Source: a virus
Taxonomy: Duplodnaviria > Caudoviricetes
DNA: 64,000 nt
Reading direction: 5' to 3' (one strand)
IMG/VR virus record: IMGVR_UViG_3300024344_003081
The first letter of the stretch is position 1, and every line of letters starts with the position of its first letter. Both the position numbers and the translations under genes were made by a program. Of this stretch, positions 1 through 9,734 are shown one piece after another. The notes under the pieces were generated by a model, which did no database searches, was not told the DNA's origin, and saw only the letters and a list, made by a program, of their open reading frames with translations.

Positions 1-32
1 AAATGTTTAGGAAGAATGATTGTAAATGAAAC

Positions 33-1223
33 ATGGAAGAGTTAATCTGTACATATCAACAAAATCATTTATCGATAACACAACCTGAAGGTAAAATAAC
101 TCCATGTTGTCATTTCGACAATAAACCTTATCCACATTGGGATGAAGTAAATTTAAACTCAGTAAATTCTTTAAGTAAATTACTCAAATCTTATAGATGG
201 TTTGAATTGAGAGATATTTTTTCTGAAGGTATAAAATATGAAGGATGTATAAATTGCTGGAATGCTGAAAAAATAGGATATTTGAGTAAAAGAGAATATT
301 ATAATCTTATTTCAGAGAAATATGAAAAAGAAAAAATAGAAGATTTAGAAATTGCTCTAGATTTTAATTGTAATTTCATGTGTAGATCATGTAGACCAGG
401 TATAAGTTCAAAATGGAATACAGCAACATCTGTTATAGATCAATTAAAAGAATTTGAAAAAGATCATTATGAACCATTATCTATTGACAATTATTCTTTC
501 AAGTTGCGAACAATATTAGAACAATCTGACCTTTCAAATTTAAAAAGAGTTGCGATAGTTGGAGGGGAGCCTTTTTTAAGTTATAATTTAAAATGGTTTT
601 TAAATAGTTTAAATTTAGAAAATATACAATTAAAAATTACTACTAATGGAAGTATTTTTCCAGATAAAGAATTGATGGAATTGATGAATAGATGTAAAAA
701 TGTTTATTTAGATATAAGTATTGATGCAATTGATGATTTAGCAGAAGTGATGAGATTTGGGGCTCCTTGGAAAATGATAGTTAATAATATTGAGAAATTT
801 TTAAAAACAGATTTTATTGTTAAATTGGTAACTACTGTGAGTATAATGAATATAAATAAATTGCAAAGTATTTTAGAGTTTTCTAGAAAATATAATTTAC
901 CACAAACATGTTATTCGCTTTTTTGGCCCAATCATTTAAGATCAAATATTGTTCCTTTAGATATAAGAAAATCTTGGACTATTAATCTTCCTCAAAAATT
1001 GAATATAATAGAATTTATGGGATATAAACATAAAAATTATAATGATGTTGAAGATTTTAATACTATAATATTAGATGAAACACAATCAGAGAATAATTTA
1101 TTAGAATTTGTCAAAACAATGAATTATCTTGATGAATTTCAAAATAAAAAATTTTCTGATGTAAATTCTGAAATATGGGAGTTAGCACATACATGCGAGA
1201 GAGTAAAAAAATATTATGCTTAG
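33..1223 (+). CDS. Radical SAM protein with N-terminal SPASM/twitch-like Cys domain
   Basis: CxxxCxxC (CNFMCRSC), GGEPF, TNG, SIDA motifs; N-terminal PCC...CxxC. Confidence 0.9.
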   Translation: MEELICTYQQNHLSITQPEGKITPCCHFDNKPYPHWDEVNLNSVNSLSKLLKSYRWFELRDIFSEGIKYEGCINCWNAEKIGYLSKREYYNLISEKYEKEKIEDLEIALDFNCNFMCRSCRPGISSKWNTATSVIDQLKEFEKDHYEPLSIDNYSFKLRTILEQSDLSNLKRVAIVGGEPFLSYNLKWFLNSLNLENIQLKITTNGSIFPDKELMELMNRCKNVYLDISIDAIDDLAEVMRFGAPWKMIVNNIEKFLKTDFIVKLVTTVSIMNINKLQSILEFSRKYNLPQTCYSLFWPNHLRSNIVPLDIRKSWTINLPQKLNIIEFMGYKHKNYNDVEDFNTIILDETQSENNLLEFVKTMNYLDEFQNKKFSDVNSEIWELAHTCERVKKYYA

Positions 1224-1918
1224 GATGTAGTTATACAGATAAAAATTATAGACCTGATCTTACATTTTTAAGATGGCCTGAAATTTTAGGTCAAGAGTTA
1301 AATGTTGAAATTATTAATTTAGGTCAAACTGCAGTTGGAAATGAAAAAATTTTTTATATTTTATATGATTATTTATATGATAATTCTGATATAACTGATG
1401 TATGCATTTTATGGACAGGATGGGATAGACAAAGTTTTTTCGAAACAGATTCTAAAGACATAACCTCTTCTCTTATTATGAGAATGATACAAGAATATGA
1501 AAGAGGCCTGCCGCATGGTTTTGCATATAAACATTTTTCATTAGAAAAAGTGGTTAATTTAAATTTAAGAATGTTTTATATGACTAAACAATTATGTGAA
1601 TCTAAAGATATAAATTATCTTTGTAGTCAAGGCATTAGTCCTTTACAAATATCAAAACTTGAAAAATTTAAACTTCAAGGTTATAATGCTCCCTATGATA
1701 TTTTTAATCTTGGTGAATTTACAAATTTATGTAAGAAAAATCGTTATTGGGAAGGACATATGCCCAATCTTTTACATATTTTAGATTATGAAAATAAAAA
1801 AGAGTTTCATATAAGTAAAGAAGATTTTCATCCTAATGAATTGGGACATAAAGCTATATCAAATTATTTTTTAACATATTATAAAAATGATATGGAAGGT
1901 GATTTTATATATGAATGA
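1193..1918 (+). CDS. SGNH/GDSL hydrolase-like protein
   Basis: GCSYT block I, GN block II, C-terminal DFHPNELGH (DxHP); start set at ATG 1193 overlapping the previous gene. Confidence 0.75.
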   Translation: MRESKKILCLGCSYTDKNYRPDLTFLRWPEILGQELNVEIINLGQTAVGNEKIFYILYDYLYDNSDITDVCILWTGWDRQSFFETDSKDITSSLIMRMIQEYERGLPHGFAYKHFSLEKVVNLNLRMFYMTKQLCESKDINYLCSQGISPLQISKLEKFKLQGYNAPYDIFNLGEFTNLCKKNRYWEGHMPNLLHILDYENKKEFHISKEDFHPNELGHKAISNYFLTYYKNDMEGDFIYE

Positions 1919-2741
1919 AACATATAGTGCTATAAAAGGAGGAAGAAGATATTTTGGTGAAATGAAAAATAATTTAGAACATGGATTGGGTTTTTATGAT
2001 ATTGAATTATGGAATCAAAAGTTTGTTGGAGAATTTTTAAATGATAAAGCAACAGGAATAGGTTTAAAAATTCAAGGTTCAGGAACAGATTGGGAACGAA
2101 AAATTGTTTGTGAATTTAATAATAATTCACATGAAGGTATAGGAATGTATAAGTGGCCTTCGGGAGCAACATATGTTGGCGAATTTAAAGATGATCGTGC
2201 TTATGGTATGGGATGTTTCAGGATATGGAATGGAAATAAATATTTTGGAAAAATGGGTATTGGTCCTATGGGAATGAAGGGTGATGATTTTTGGATAATG
2301 GGTGATGGAAAATGGACAGACTCTTTATCGCATAATTTTGATGAACATGGTTTTTGTAAAAAAAAGAATAAAGAGATATGGCCTGATGGAACTTACTATG
2401 TTGGCGAATTTGATGATCATGAAAATTATTGTGGAACTGGTACATTGATATTTTCTAAAAGTAGATTTTATGAAGGTGAATTTTTAAATGGGTATTTTCA
2501 TGGACAGGGTATTTTTTATCATGGAAATGAATATGTGATGGGCGAATTTAAAGATGGTCATGTGCATGGATATGGTGAAGCAATATTTAACACAGGAAGT
2601 TATAAAGGATATTGGCAAAAAAATAGATTTCATGGAAAAGGAATTTTAAAATTTAAAGATGAAACATATGATGGTGAATTTTATAACATAAACATAAATG
2701 ATTCAGGAGGTCGTGATACAGGTTTTCGTAGGTTACGATAA
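1911..2741 (+). CDS. MORN-repeat protein
   Basis: Repeated YxGEFxxGxxHGxGxxxxxxG units (YEGEFLNGYFHGQG, YKGYWQKNRFHGKG); likely start ATG 1911. Confidence 0.85.
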   Translation: MNETYSAIKGGRRYFGEMKNNLEHGLGFYDIELWNQKFVGEFLNDKATGIGLKIQGSGTDWERKIVCEFNNNSHEGIGMYKWPSGATYVGEFKDDRAYGMGCFRIWNGNKYFGKMGIGPMGMKGDDFWIMGDGKWTDSLSHNFDEHGFCKKKNKEIWPDGTYYVGEFDDHENYCGTGTLIFSKSRFYEGEFLNGYFHGQGIFYHGNEYVMGEFKDGHVHGYGEAIFNTGSYKGYWQKNRFHGKGILKFKDETYDGEFYNININDSGGRDTGFRRLR

Positions 2742-3303
2742 TGAAAGATCATGGATACATGATAATTGTATAGACAGTTTAAAAAAATTTGGATGTCAAT
2801 CAAATCCCATAGGCTCTTCTTTATTAAGTTCAACTATATGGTATAGAGAAAGGAATATTAAAGATTCAACTGAGTTTTCTGTGTGTAGATTTTTAGTTCC
2901 GTTTCTTTCTAATTTTGAAGGATGGTCTATTTTTATGGATGATGATTTTATATGGAAAGTAGATCCAATGGAATTAAAACAATTTTGTGATCCATCAAAA
3001 TCAGTATTGGTATGTCAGCATAATTATACACCCAAAACTGAAAAAAAATGGGGTGATTTAATTCAGTTTAAATACGAAAGAAAAAATTGGTCTTCATTGA
3101 TGTTATTTAATAATTCACATTCAGATTGCCGAAAATTATCAGTTCGAATGATTAATAGCATTCAGCCTTTGTGGTTGCATCAATTTAAATGGACCTCATC
3201 AATTGGAAGCATACCTTTAGAATATAATCATCTTGTGGGAGAATATGATAACATAGAAGAAGCAAAAGCATTGCATTATACAAACGGATATGATAACAGT
3301 TAA
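2698..3303 (+). CDS. Phage glycosyltransferase (GT-A, GT8-like)
   Basis: GYD...STEFS..RFLVPFL...FMDDDF...RKNWSSLMLFN pattern seen in T4-like phage GTs. Confidence 0.75.
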   Translation: MIQEVVIQVFVGYDNERSWIHDNCIDSLKKFGCQSNPIGSSLLSSTIWYRERNIKDSTEFSVCRFLVPFLSNFEGWSIFMDDDFIWKVDPMELKQFCDPSKSVLVCQHNYTPKTEKKWGDLIQFKYERKNWSSLMLFNNSHSDCRKLSVRMINSIQPLWLHQFKWTSSIGSIPLEYNHLVGEYDNIEEAKALHYTNGYDNS

Positions 3304-4333
3304 AACAATAATAGAAAGTCCAAAAGAATTTAAAGATAAAGAATCTTTTAAATCTTTTATGGTAAAAGAATATGCTCCAGAATCTTCTAGTATTAGAAAA
3401 TATAATTTCGATTTAATGGATAAATATGGACATTGTTTCTTCAATTTACAATTTCTTCCTCCAAATACAGGAGTTCTTTATCATAGATATCATACACAAG
3501 AAGAATATGAAAAAAGTATTCCTTTAAGAGAAGAACAGGAGAGAGAATTTATAAATGCGGGATTAAAATATGAATATGAACTTAACTCAAAAATATCTAT
3601 TATTGATGAAGAAGAATATGAAAAATTACATATATCAGAACTTGCCCCAATAGATATAAAAATTGATGTAGAATATTTTTTAGAAGAAATTGTACAATAT
3701 AAAAAATATTTTAAACAATGGGGTGATAAATTTCAAGATTATGGAAGATTTGGATTACCATTAGTTAACATGAACGGAATGATTGATAATGAAATAGAAC
3801 CTTCATGTTGGCCTTTAGATAGATGGAATTTTGTTAATTTGGGTTATAGAGATACTCCAGAAGATTTTACTAAATTTTATACAAATTCTTTTGATATGTC
3901 TACTATGGTAAATGAAACAGATTTTACATTTAAAACAGAAGTTATGAACATACCTTCATTAAAAGTTTTAAAGCCCATTGAAAAATATATGATTCGTTCT
4001 TGTATTTTAAAATTTCATACACTTGCACATTTTAAACCCCATGTAGACACCTGGAAAGAAAAATCTTCTTGGTTACGATTGTGGGGCACTACTCATCCTG
4101 ATTCTGTAAAATTACGTTATAAATCTGATGAAGGGGAAAAATTAGTGTGGAATGATATTAAAAAAGAATATGAAAGTTATATTCCTATAGAAAATATAGA
4201 AGCAGGAAGATTATATTTACATGATAGTTCAATATGGCATGATGCAATGTCATTTGAAGATAATACATATCAATTTTTTATTGCATTATCACCAAATGCT
4301 TTTCAAACATTGGGAGCGTTATGTATAGAGTAG
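3290..4333 (+). CDS. Putative 2OG/Fe(II) oxygenase (Asp/Asn beta-hydroxylase-like) with N-terminal extension
   Basis: HxD...H facial triad candidate (PHVD ... WHDA) in the C-terminal part. Confidence 0.55.
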   Translation: MITVKTIIESPKEFKDKESFKSFMVKEYAPESSSIRKYNFDLMDKYGHCFFNLQFLPPNTGVLYHRYHTQEEYEKSIPLREEQEREFINAGLKYEYELNSKISIIDEEEYEKLHISELAPIDIKIDVEYFLEEIVQYKKYFKQWGDKFQDYGRFGLPLVNMNGMIDNEIEPSCWPLDRWNFVNLGYRDTPEDFTKFYTNSFDMSTMVNETDFTFKTEVMNIPSLKVLKPIEKYMIRSCILKFHTLAHFKPHVDTWKEKSSWLRLWGTTHPDSVKLRYKSDEGEKLVWNDIKKEYESYIPIENIEAGRLYLHDSSIWHDAMSFEDNTYQFFIALSPNAFQTLGALCIE

Positions 4334-4842
4334 AAGATAATTTTTATGATTTTCCAATATTTTTAGAAATATTGAATTTAATTAAAGATAGACCTCTTAA
4401 TCAAATACCAGAGAAATATGATGGGAAGAGATGTTCTTATGGTGAAACTAGACAATATTTAACTGAAGATTCTGTTCTTGCTGATCTTATACTTTCTAAA
4501 TTTCCTTATAAAAAAGATTATAGAAGAAAAATAGAAATAGGTAATGATGTAAATGGTTTTTGGTTAAAACCGCATTCTGATCATTCAGCAAAAAAAGATG
4601 TTACAGTAATTTATTTTGAAGGTCAACAAAATAACGGAACTACTTTTCATTATGAAGATCATAATGAAACAACGGAATTTATTCCTAATAGAGCGGTTCA
4701 TTTTTATCCTGATTTAAAAGATACTTATGATTCTGAAAGTTGGAAACATTCAGTTAAAAAAATTGATATGAATGTTAGACGAACTATAGTTGTAAATTAT
4801 GTTGATAATACTTGGAGGGATATAGAAGATTGTTATGATTGA
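4321..4842 (+). CDS. 2OG/Fe(II) oxygenase
   Basis: PHSD...GT...KHSV...RRTIVVNY. Confidence 0.75.
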   Translation: MYRVEDNFYDFPIFLEILNLIKDRPLNQIPEKYDGKRCSYGETRQYLTEDSVLADLILSKFPYKKDYRRKIEIGNDVNGFWLKPHSDHSAKKDVTVIYFEGQQNNGTTFHYEDHNETTEFIPNRAVHFYPDLKDTYDSESWKHSVKKIDMNVRRTIVVNYVDNTWRDIEDCYD

Positions 4843-5419
4843 TCGAATAGGAAAATTGTTGGATCTGAATAAAATAAAAGAATTTTTTAACAGATCAGAT
4901 AAAGAACAATTTGAATATACAGGATTAGAACGTACAGATGGATTAGCAAATCATGGATATAGAGGATTAGGAGAAGAATTAGCGGCAAAGGAAAGTTATA
5001 ATTTTTCAAGACATCATGGATATAATCCTTTTGAATCTGAAGAAATTTTTGATTCTTTAGATGATATTGTTAGAAAATATTATGATGAAGATTTTGATGC
5101 AATTCTTAGAATAACACATTACCCTAAAATAAAATTAAAAATTACTGGCAATGATAGTGAAGGAGAAGGTGATAAAATTTTTAGATTATGTTCACATAAA
5201 GATTATGGTCCCCTAACCTTATATTATGAATATACTCCCAATACAGGATTTCAAATTTTTAGAAATGAAGAATGGATAGATCCTGGATCTTGTATTATTT
5301 GGAATGAACTACATCGGGTAGTATATACAGATCCCATAAAAGAAAGATGGACTGTGACTTATCATGTAGATTATAAAGATTGTAAGATTTCAATGAATAC
5401 TAGATTAGGAATAAAATGA
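4835..5419 (+). CDS. 2OG/Fe(II) oxygenase, IPNS-like
   Basis: LRITHYP...HKDYGPLTL...GFQI...HRVV...RWT. Confidence 0.8.
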   Translation: MIDRIGKLLDLNKIKEFFNRSDKEQFEYTGLERTDGLANHGYRGLGEELAAKESYNFSRHHGYNPFESEEIFDSLDDIVRKYYDEDFDAILRITHYPKIKLKITGNDSEGEGDKIFRLCSHKDYGPLTLYYEYTPNTGFQIFRNEEWIDPGSCIIWNELHRVVYTDPIKERWTVTYHVDYKDCKISMNTRLGIK

Positions 5420-6234
5420 ATGAATTTACTTCTAGCAATCATATTAATTTTAGAGCCGCCCAATATAGTAATTTAAATTCTGTTTTAGGAATGTCTACTC
5501 TTGAAATAAATCCAACAGAACTTTGTAATAGGACATGTAGTTTTTGTCCCAGAGGAGATTGGTATCCCAATAAAAATGAACATTTATCAATAGATGATAC
5601 ATATTTAATTAAAAAAAGACTTGATGAATTTGAATATCAAGGAATTATTATTATAAGCGGTAAAGGGGAGCCTCTACTACATCCAAATATTTTTAAGATT
5701 GTTAATGTATTTAAAAATGAATGGATAGAATTAATCACAAATGGTGATAATATATTAGAATCACCAGATATATTAGATAAATTGTTTGATAGCGGATTAA
5801 GTAGAATAATTTTAGATGAATATGATAATGAAGAAAATTATAATAAAAAAATAGAAATTTTGGGCGATAGATGTGGAGTAGTAAAAAATCATTTTACAGG
5901 AATATTACAATCTTCAATTTATAACAATAGATCGGGATCTTTTAAAACTATAGAAAAGTCATTAGATAGAAAATGTTATTTACCTTTTTATAAAGGATAT
6001 ATTGATTTGACCATGGACCTTAGATTTTGTTGTAATGATTGGAAATATAAAGAAAGTTTGGGAAATTTAAGAGAAAATACATTAAAAGAACTTTGGATGT
6101 CTGATAAAATGAATAGATATAGAAAAGAATTATCTAAAGGTAATAGATGTAATATAATATCGTGTAAAGAATGTGATGCAAATGGATTGTTATTGGGTGA
6201 AAATAGTTATAATGAATTGATGGAGATTATATGA
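5416..6234 (+). CDS. Radical SAM protein with C-terminal SPASM
   Basis: CNRTCSFC, GEPLLHP, C-terminal C...CC...C..C. Confidence 0.9.
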   Translation: MNEFTSSNHINFRAAQYSNLNSVLGMSTLEINPTELCNRTCSFCPRGDWYPNKNEHLSIDDTYLIKKRLDEFEYQGIIIISGKGEPLLHPNIFKIVNVFKNEWIELITNGDNILESPDILDKLFDSGLSRIILDEYDNEENYNKKIEILGDRCGVVKNHFTGILQSSIYNNRSGSFKTIEKSLDRKCYLPFYKGYIDLTMDLRFCCNDWKYKESLGNLRENTLKELWMSDKMNRYRKELSKGNRCNIISCKECDANGLLLGENSYNELMEII

Positions 6235-6902
6235 AATATGCAATGATAGCTTGCAGACTTGGTAGCACAAGAGCAAAATTTAAAAATTTAGCATTAATAG
6301 GTGGAGAGCCCATGATGGCATGGGCTACAAAAGCCGCTCTTGAATCAAATTGTTTTGATAAAGTCATAATTAATGGAGATAATGATATTTTTAAGCAGAT
6401 TGCAGAAGAATATGGTGTTGAATATTATGAAAGACCTATAGAATTGGGTTCATCTGAAACATTAATTGATGATGTATTTTATGATTTTATAGAAAAAAAT
6501 CCATGTGAAACTGCCGCAATAGTAAATACAGTTAATCCTCTGCAAACAGGAGAAGAAGTTGCTAAAGCAATGGCTTATTATGAAGATAATAAATTAGATT
6601 CTTGTAATACATATGAATTAAAATATGTTCATACGTGTTTAGGAGATACTCCTATTAATTTTGAATACGGTAAGATGTGTAAGACTCAAGATTTAGAACC
6701 TATAAAGTCAATAGCTTATTCTGTTCAAATAGTAAGAACGAAAGTTTTTATGAAAGAAAAACATATTTTTTGTGGAAAACATGGAATGTATGGTCCTATA
6801 TCAAAAAAAGCAGGAATGTTAGTTAAAACTCCCGAAGATATTAAGATAATAAATGCTATATTGCATTATCATTCATCAATTGGATATTATGAGGGACGAT
6901 AA
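6231..6902 (+). CDS. Acylneuraminate cytidylyltransferase family (NeuA/KdsB-like)
   Basis: ACRLGSTRAKFKNL...GEPM, YERPIEL, PLQT. Confidence 0.85.
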   Translation: MKYAMIACRLGSTRAKFKNLALIGGEPMMAWATKAALESNCFDKVIINGDNDIFKQIAEEYGVEYYERPIELGSSETLIDDVFYDFIEKNPCETAAIVNTVNPLQTGEEVAKAMAYYEDNKLDSCNTYELKYVHTCLGDTPINFEYGKMCKTQDLEPIKSIAYSVQIVRTKVFMKEKHIFCGKHGMYGPISKKAGMLVKTPEDIKIINAILHYHSSIGYYEGR

Positions 6903-7845
6903 AAAACATATAAAACTTCTTAAACGTGAAAGATCAAAAGGAGTTAATAAAAAAGGACTACCATTAGATAAAAATGAAAGAATTATTCCATTTTCTAAAT
7001 TTGAATTAGATGATTTGAGAAAACATTTGGGTACTAATCTTTGGAAATATCCTGATGTAGATGCATATTATAAAATTTTTGCCGATTGGTTGAAAATAGA
7101 TGAAAAGAAATTATTTTTTACTGAAGGAGTGTCTGGTGCTATTAGGTCTTTAATGGAATTATATGCCTCAAAAACAGTATATTATGATACTCCTACTTAT
7201 GCTATGTATGATGTTTATTCTGAAATTTTTAATTTGATTCATGCTCCTATGGAAAATGCTGATATAATATTTTTACAAAATCCAAATATTCCTTATGGCA
7301 CTACTTATAGTGAAGATCAAATTCGTAAAATATGTTTACTTAATTCAATGAAATTAATTGTATTAGATGATGTATATTTCGAATTTAATATGCCAGATCA
7401 TCTTTGGTTGATAGATGAAATTAAAAATTTGGTAATTATGAGAAGTTTTTCTAAAGCATTTGGATTAGCAAGTATTAGATTGGGTTATATAGTTTCAAAT
7501 GAAGAAAATATTAAATTTATTTCGAATAATAGAAATGGATATGAAACTAATTTATTATCTTTACAAACGGCTCATTATTTTATTCGTAATGAATCAATAA
7601 AAAATAATTATATTAATCAATTAAATTTTGGTCGTGATTATTTAATGGAACAATTGGATAGAATGAATATTGAAAGAGAAGGAGGATATTGTGGTAATTT
7701 TGTTTTTATTCGTACAGATCCTAAAAATACAGACAAACTTGCGGAAAAAGGTATTCTTGTAAGAAAATGTGATGATGGTATAAGAGTAACATTGGGTCCT
7801 AGAAATGAAATGGAGAAATTTATTGCTGTATTCAGAGACCTCTAA
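6889..7845 (+). CDS. PLP aminotransferase class I/II (HisC/CobD-like)
   Basis: NPN.P.G, DDVY, RSFSKAFGLASIRLGY; start set at ATG 6889. Confidence 0.88.
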   Translation: MRDDKKHIKLLKRERSKGVNKKGLPLDKNERIIPFSKFELDDLRKHLGTNLWKYPDVDAYYKIFADWLKIDEKKLFFTEGVSGAIRSLMELYASKTVYYDTPTYAMYDVYSEIFNLIHAPMENADIIFLQNPNIPYGTTYSEDQIRKICLLNSMKLIVLDDVYFEFNMPDHLWLIDEIKNLVIMRSFSKAFGLASIRLGYIVSNEENIKFISNNRNGYETNLLSLQTAHYFIRNESIKNNYINQLNFGRDYLMEQLDRMNIEREGGYCGNFVFIRTDPKNTDKLAEKGILVRKCDDGIRVTLGPRNEMEKFIAVFRDL

Positions 7846-8485
7846 TTTTGCTTTTTTCTTATGTCATAGTAATGCTAATCATTCTATTTGTATGGCTTTA
7901 GAAACTTTAATGGATCGTGAACACGATTATTCTTGGGACTGGGAAAATAGAAGCGAATATGGTTATAAACATGTATCACCATCGGGATTATTGTCTACAG
8001 ATTCTTTTAATTTTAAAGAAATAATAGGAGACGAATGGTATGATTTAAAAAAAATAACTACTGTTAGAAATCCCTGGTCTCGATTATATGATTTTTATAC
8101 TTGGCATTTTACTATAGAACGACCAATAAAAAAAATAGAACAAAAAATTTATGATTTTACAATATCAAAAAGTAGTTTTGATGAATGGATATCTTCTTTA
8201 GAAAAAGATAAAACTTTTGATTGGTGGGGAGAAATTTTTAATCAAGAAATTATGAGAAGACATTGTAATTATGTTATTAGATATGAGTATTTGAATGAAG
8301 ATATTAATAATATATTTCCAGGATTAAAGATTCCTTCTGCATCTGTATCTCATCCTGGTCAATGGTATGCGGAAGACAATAAATATTTAATGACTATTAA
8401 AACTAAAAATATTATTAACTATTTTTGTAAAGAAGATATTATAAATTACGAATATACATATGACGGAGAACAAACACTTAGTTAG
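7805..8485 (+). CDS. Sulfotransferase family 2-like protein (degenerate 5'-PAPS loop)
   Basis: VRNPWSRLYDFY and IRYEYLNED motifs; HIPKT motif not conserved. Confidence 0.55.
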   Translation: MKWRNLLLYSETSNFAFFLCHSNANHSICMALETLMDREHDYSWDWENRSEYGYKHVSPSGLLSTDSFNFKEIIGDEWYDLKKITTVRNPWSRLYDFYTWHFTIERPIKKIEQKIYDFTISKSSFDEWISSLEKDKTFDWWGEIFNQEIMRRHCNYVIRYEYLNEDINNIFPGLKIPSASVSHPGQWYAEDNKYLMTIKTKNIINYFCKEDIINYEYTYDGEQTLS

Positions 8486-8888
8486 AAAAGTGGGAGAAAT
8501 AGATTTAGATAAATTGATCGCCGCTTGTGAAGAACGTAGCTGGTTGAATCCCATTTTTGTTCATGATGATTCACCAAAAACATGGGAAGGTGGAGAGTTA
8601 CCAGATATACTACAAGAAATTAGTGAAGAATTTAACGTTACTCAATCGAGAATACTATGTTTGCCTCCTTTGTCTACATTAGATTATCACATGGATTCTA
8701 ATAATAGAATTAATATTCCTATACTTACTAATGATTATTGTTTTTTTATTTTTGATGATGTATTATATAAGTTTCCTGCAGATGGTAGTGTTTATTTAAC
8801 AAATACTAAAGTTTTACATACTGCAGTAAATGCATCTTATACACATCGTTTTCATTTAATAGGTTTTACAGATGTTGAATTTGATTGA
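8460..8888 (+). CDS. Asp/Asn beta-hydroxylase-like 2OG oxygenase
   Basis: YHMD..RINIPILTN...LHTAVN....RFHL. Confidence 0.8.
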   Translation: MTENKHLVRKVGEIDLDKLIAACEERSWLNPIFVHDDSPKTWEGGELPDILQEISEEFNVTQSRILCLPPLSTLDYHMDSNNRINIPILTNDYCFFIFDDVLYKFPADGSVYLTNTKVLHTAVNASYTHRFHLIGFTDVEFD

Positions 8889-9246
8889 AGACATGAATAT
8901 CGCATTAAAATATGGTTTAAAATTGATAAAAGAAGAATCTGTTCGAATGCCTGATATGACAACTTTACAATTACAATTGATTATAGAATGTGTGAGGGGA
9001 GGCGGTGGAACCGTTCCAGAAAGTACACAATCTGTTATTGGATATGATGACTTGACAGATAAAGATATAGATGTTTTTAGAAAAACAATTCAAAAAGAAT
9101 TGAATTTGTCGGATGATGATATGATTATAAATGATAATGATGAATTAAAAAATTATGTTTCAAAGACTGTTCATAGTAGTGCATGTTTGATAGGAAATGC
9201 TAAAAAAATTAATGGATCCACTGAATATTGGCAAGATGTCGGATGA
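8872..9246 (+). CDS. Hypothetical protein
   Basis: ORF fills the gap and overlaps both neighbours; start may be 8893. Confidence 0.55.
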   Translation: MLNLIEDMNIALKYGLKLIKEESVRMPDMTTLQLQLIIECVRGGGGTVPESTQSVIGYDDLTDKDIDVFRKTIQKELNLSDDDMIINDNDELKNYVSKTVHSSACLIGNAKKINGSTEYWQDVG

Positions 9247-9734
9247 TTTTTGATAAAATTTTACATAAAAATATTTATAATTATGGTATAGATTATGAAT
9301 TTAGAAAAAGAAATAAAGGCGATAGTATAGAATTTTATATTATTGAAGAATGTAGTAATGAAAAAGAATATAAATTTTATGTTTCTTCATATAGACCTTT
9401 GATAAAAAAATCGGGTTTAAAAAATCGAAATGGAGATTCTGATTATGCTTTGTTGTGGACTGATTTTCCAGAAAGAATTGATGATGCATTTGATAAGCAA
9501 ATGCAATGGCATTATAATAGAAATGTGGGTCTTGCTGATGTTGATTATAAAATTTCTTCTTTGATAATAAATCCTCATGGTATATTTTTTTATAGTTTGG
9601 GTAGTAATTTATATGTTCATGATTTAAAAATTTCAAACTATCAATTTTTTAATTCAACAGTATTAGAAAAAAATGTTTATTGGCAAATTGATCCTGTAAA
9701 ATTAAACTTTATACGTAAATATGAGATAATATGA
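9228..9734 (+). CDS. Hypothetical protein
   Basis: ORF coupled to neighbours; alternative start 9243. Confidence 0.55.
   Translation: MARCRMIFDKILHKNIYNYGIDYEFRKRNKGDSIEFYIIEECSNEKEYKFYVSSYRPLIKKSGLKNRNGDSDYALLWTDFPERIDDAFDKQMQWHYNRNVGLADVDYKISSLIINPHGIFFYSLGSNLYVHDLKISNYQFFNSTVLEKNVYWQIDPVKLNFIRKYEII

Noticed and set aside
1-45. 3' end of an upstream gene (KCLGRMIVNETWKS*)
   Set aside because: Too short to assign; only consistent with the operon continuing leftwards.
3217-3444. Short antisense or alternate-frame ORFs in the track (e.g. 3217, 9340, 12647, 24417, 42370, 50956, 62512)
   Set aside because: They lie wholly or almost wholly over well-supported genes, show no motifs, and are expected shadows of AT-rich codon bias.
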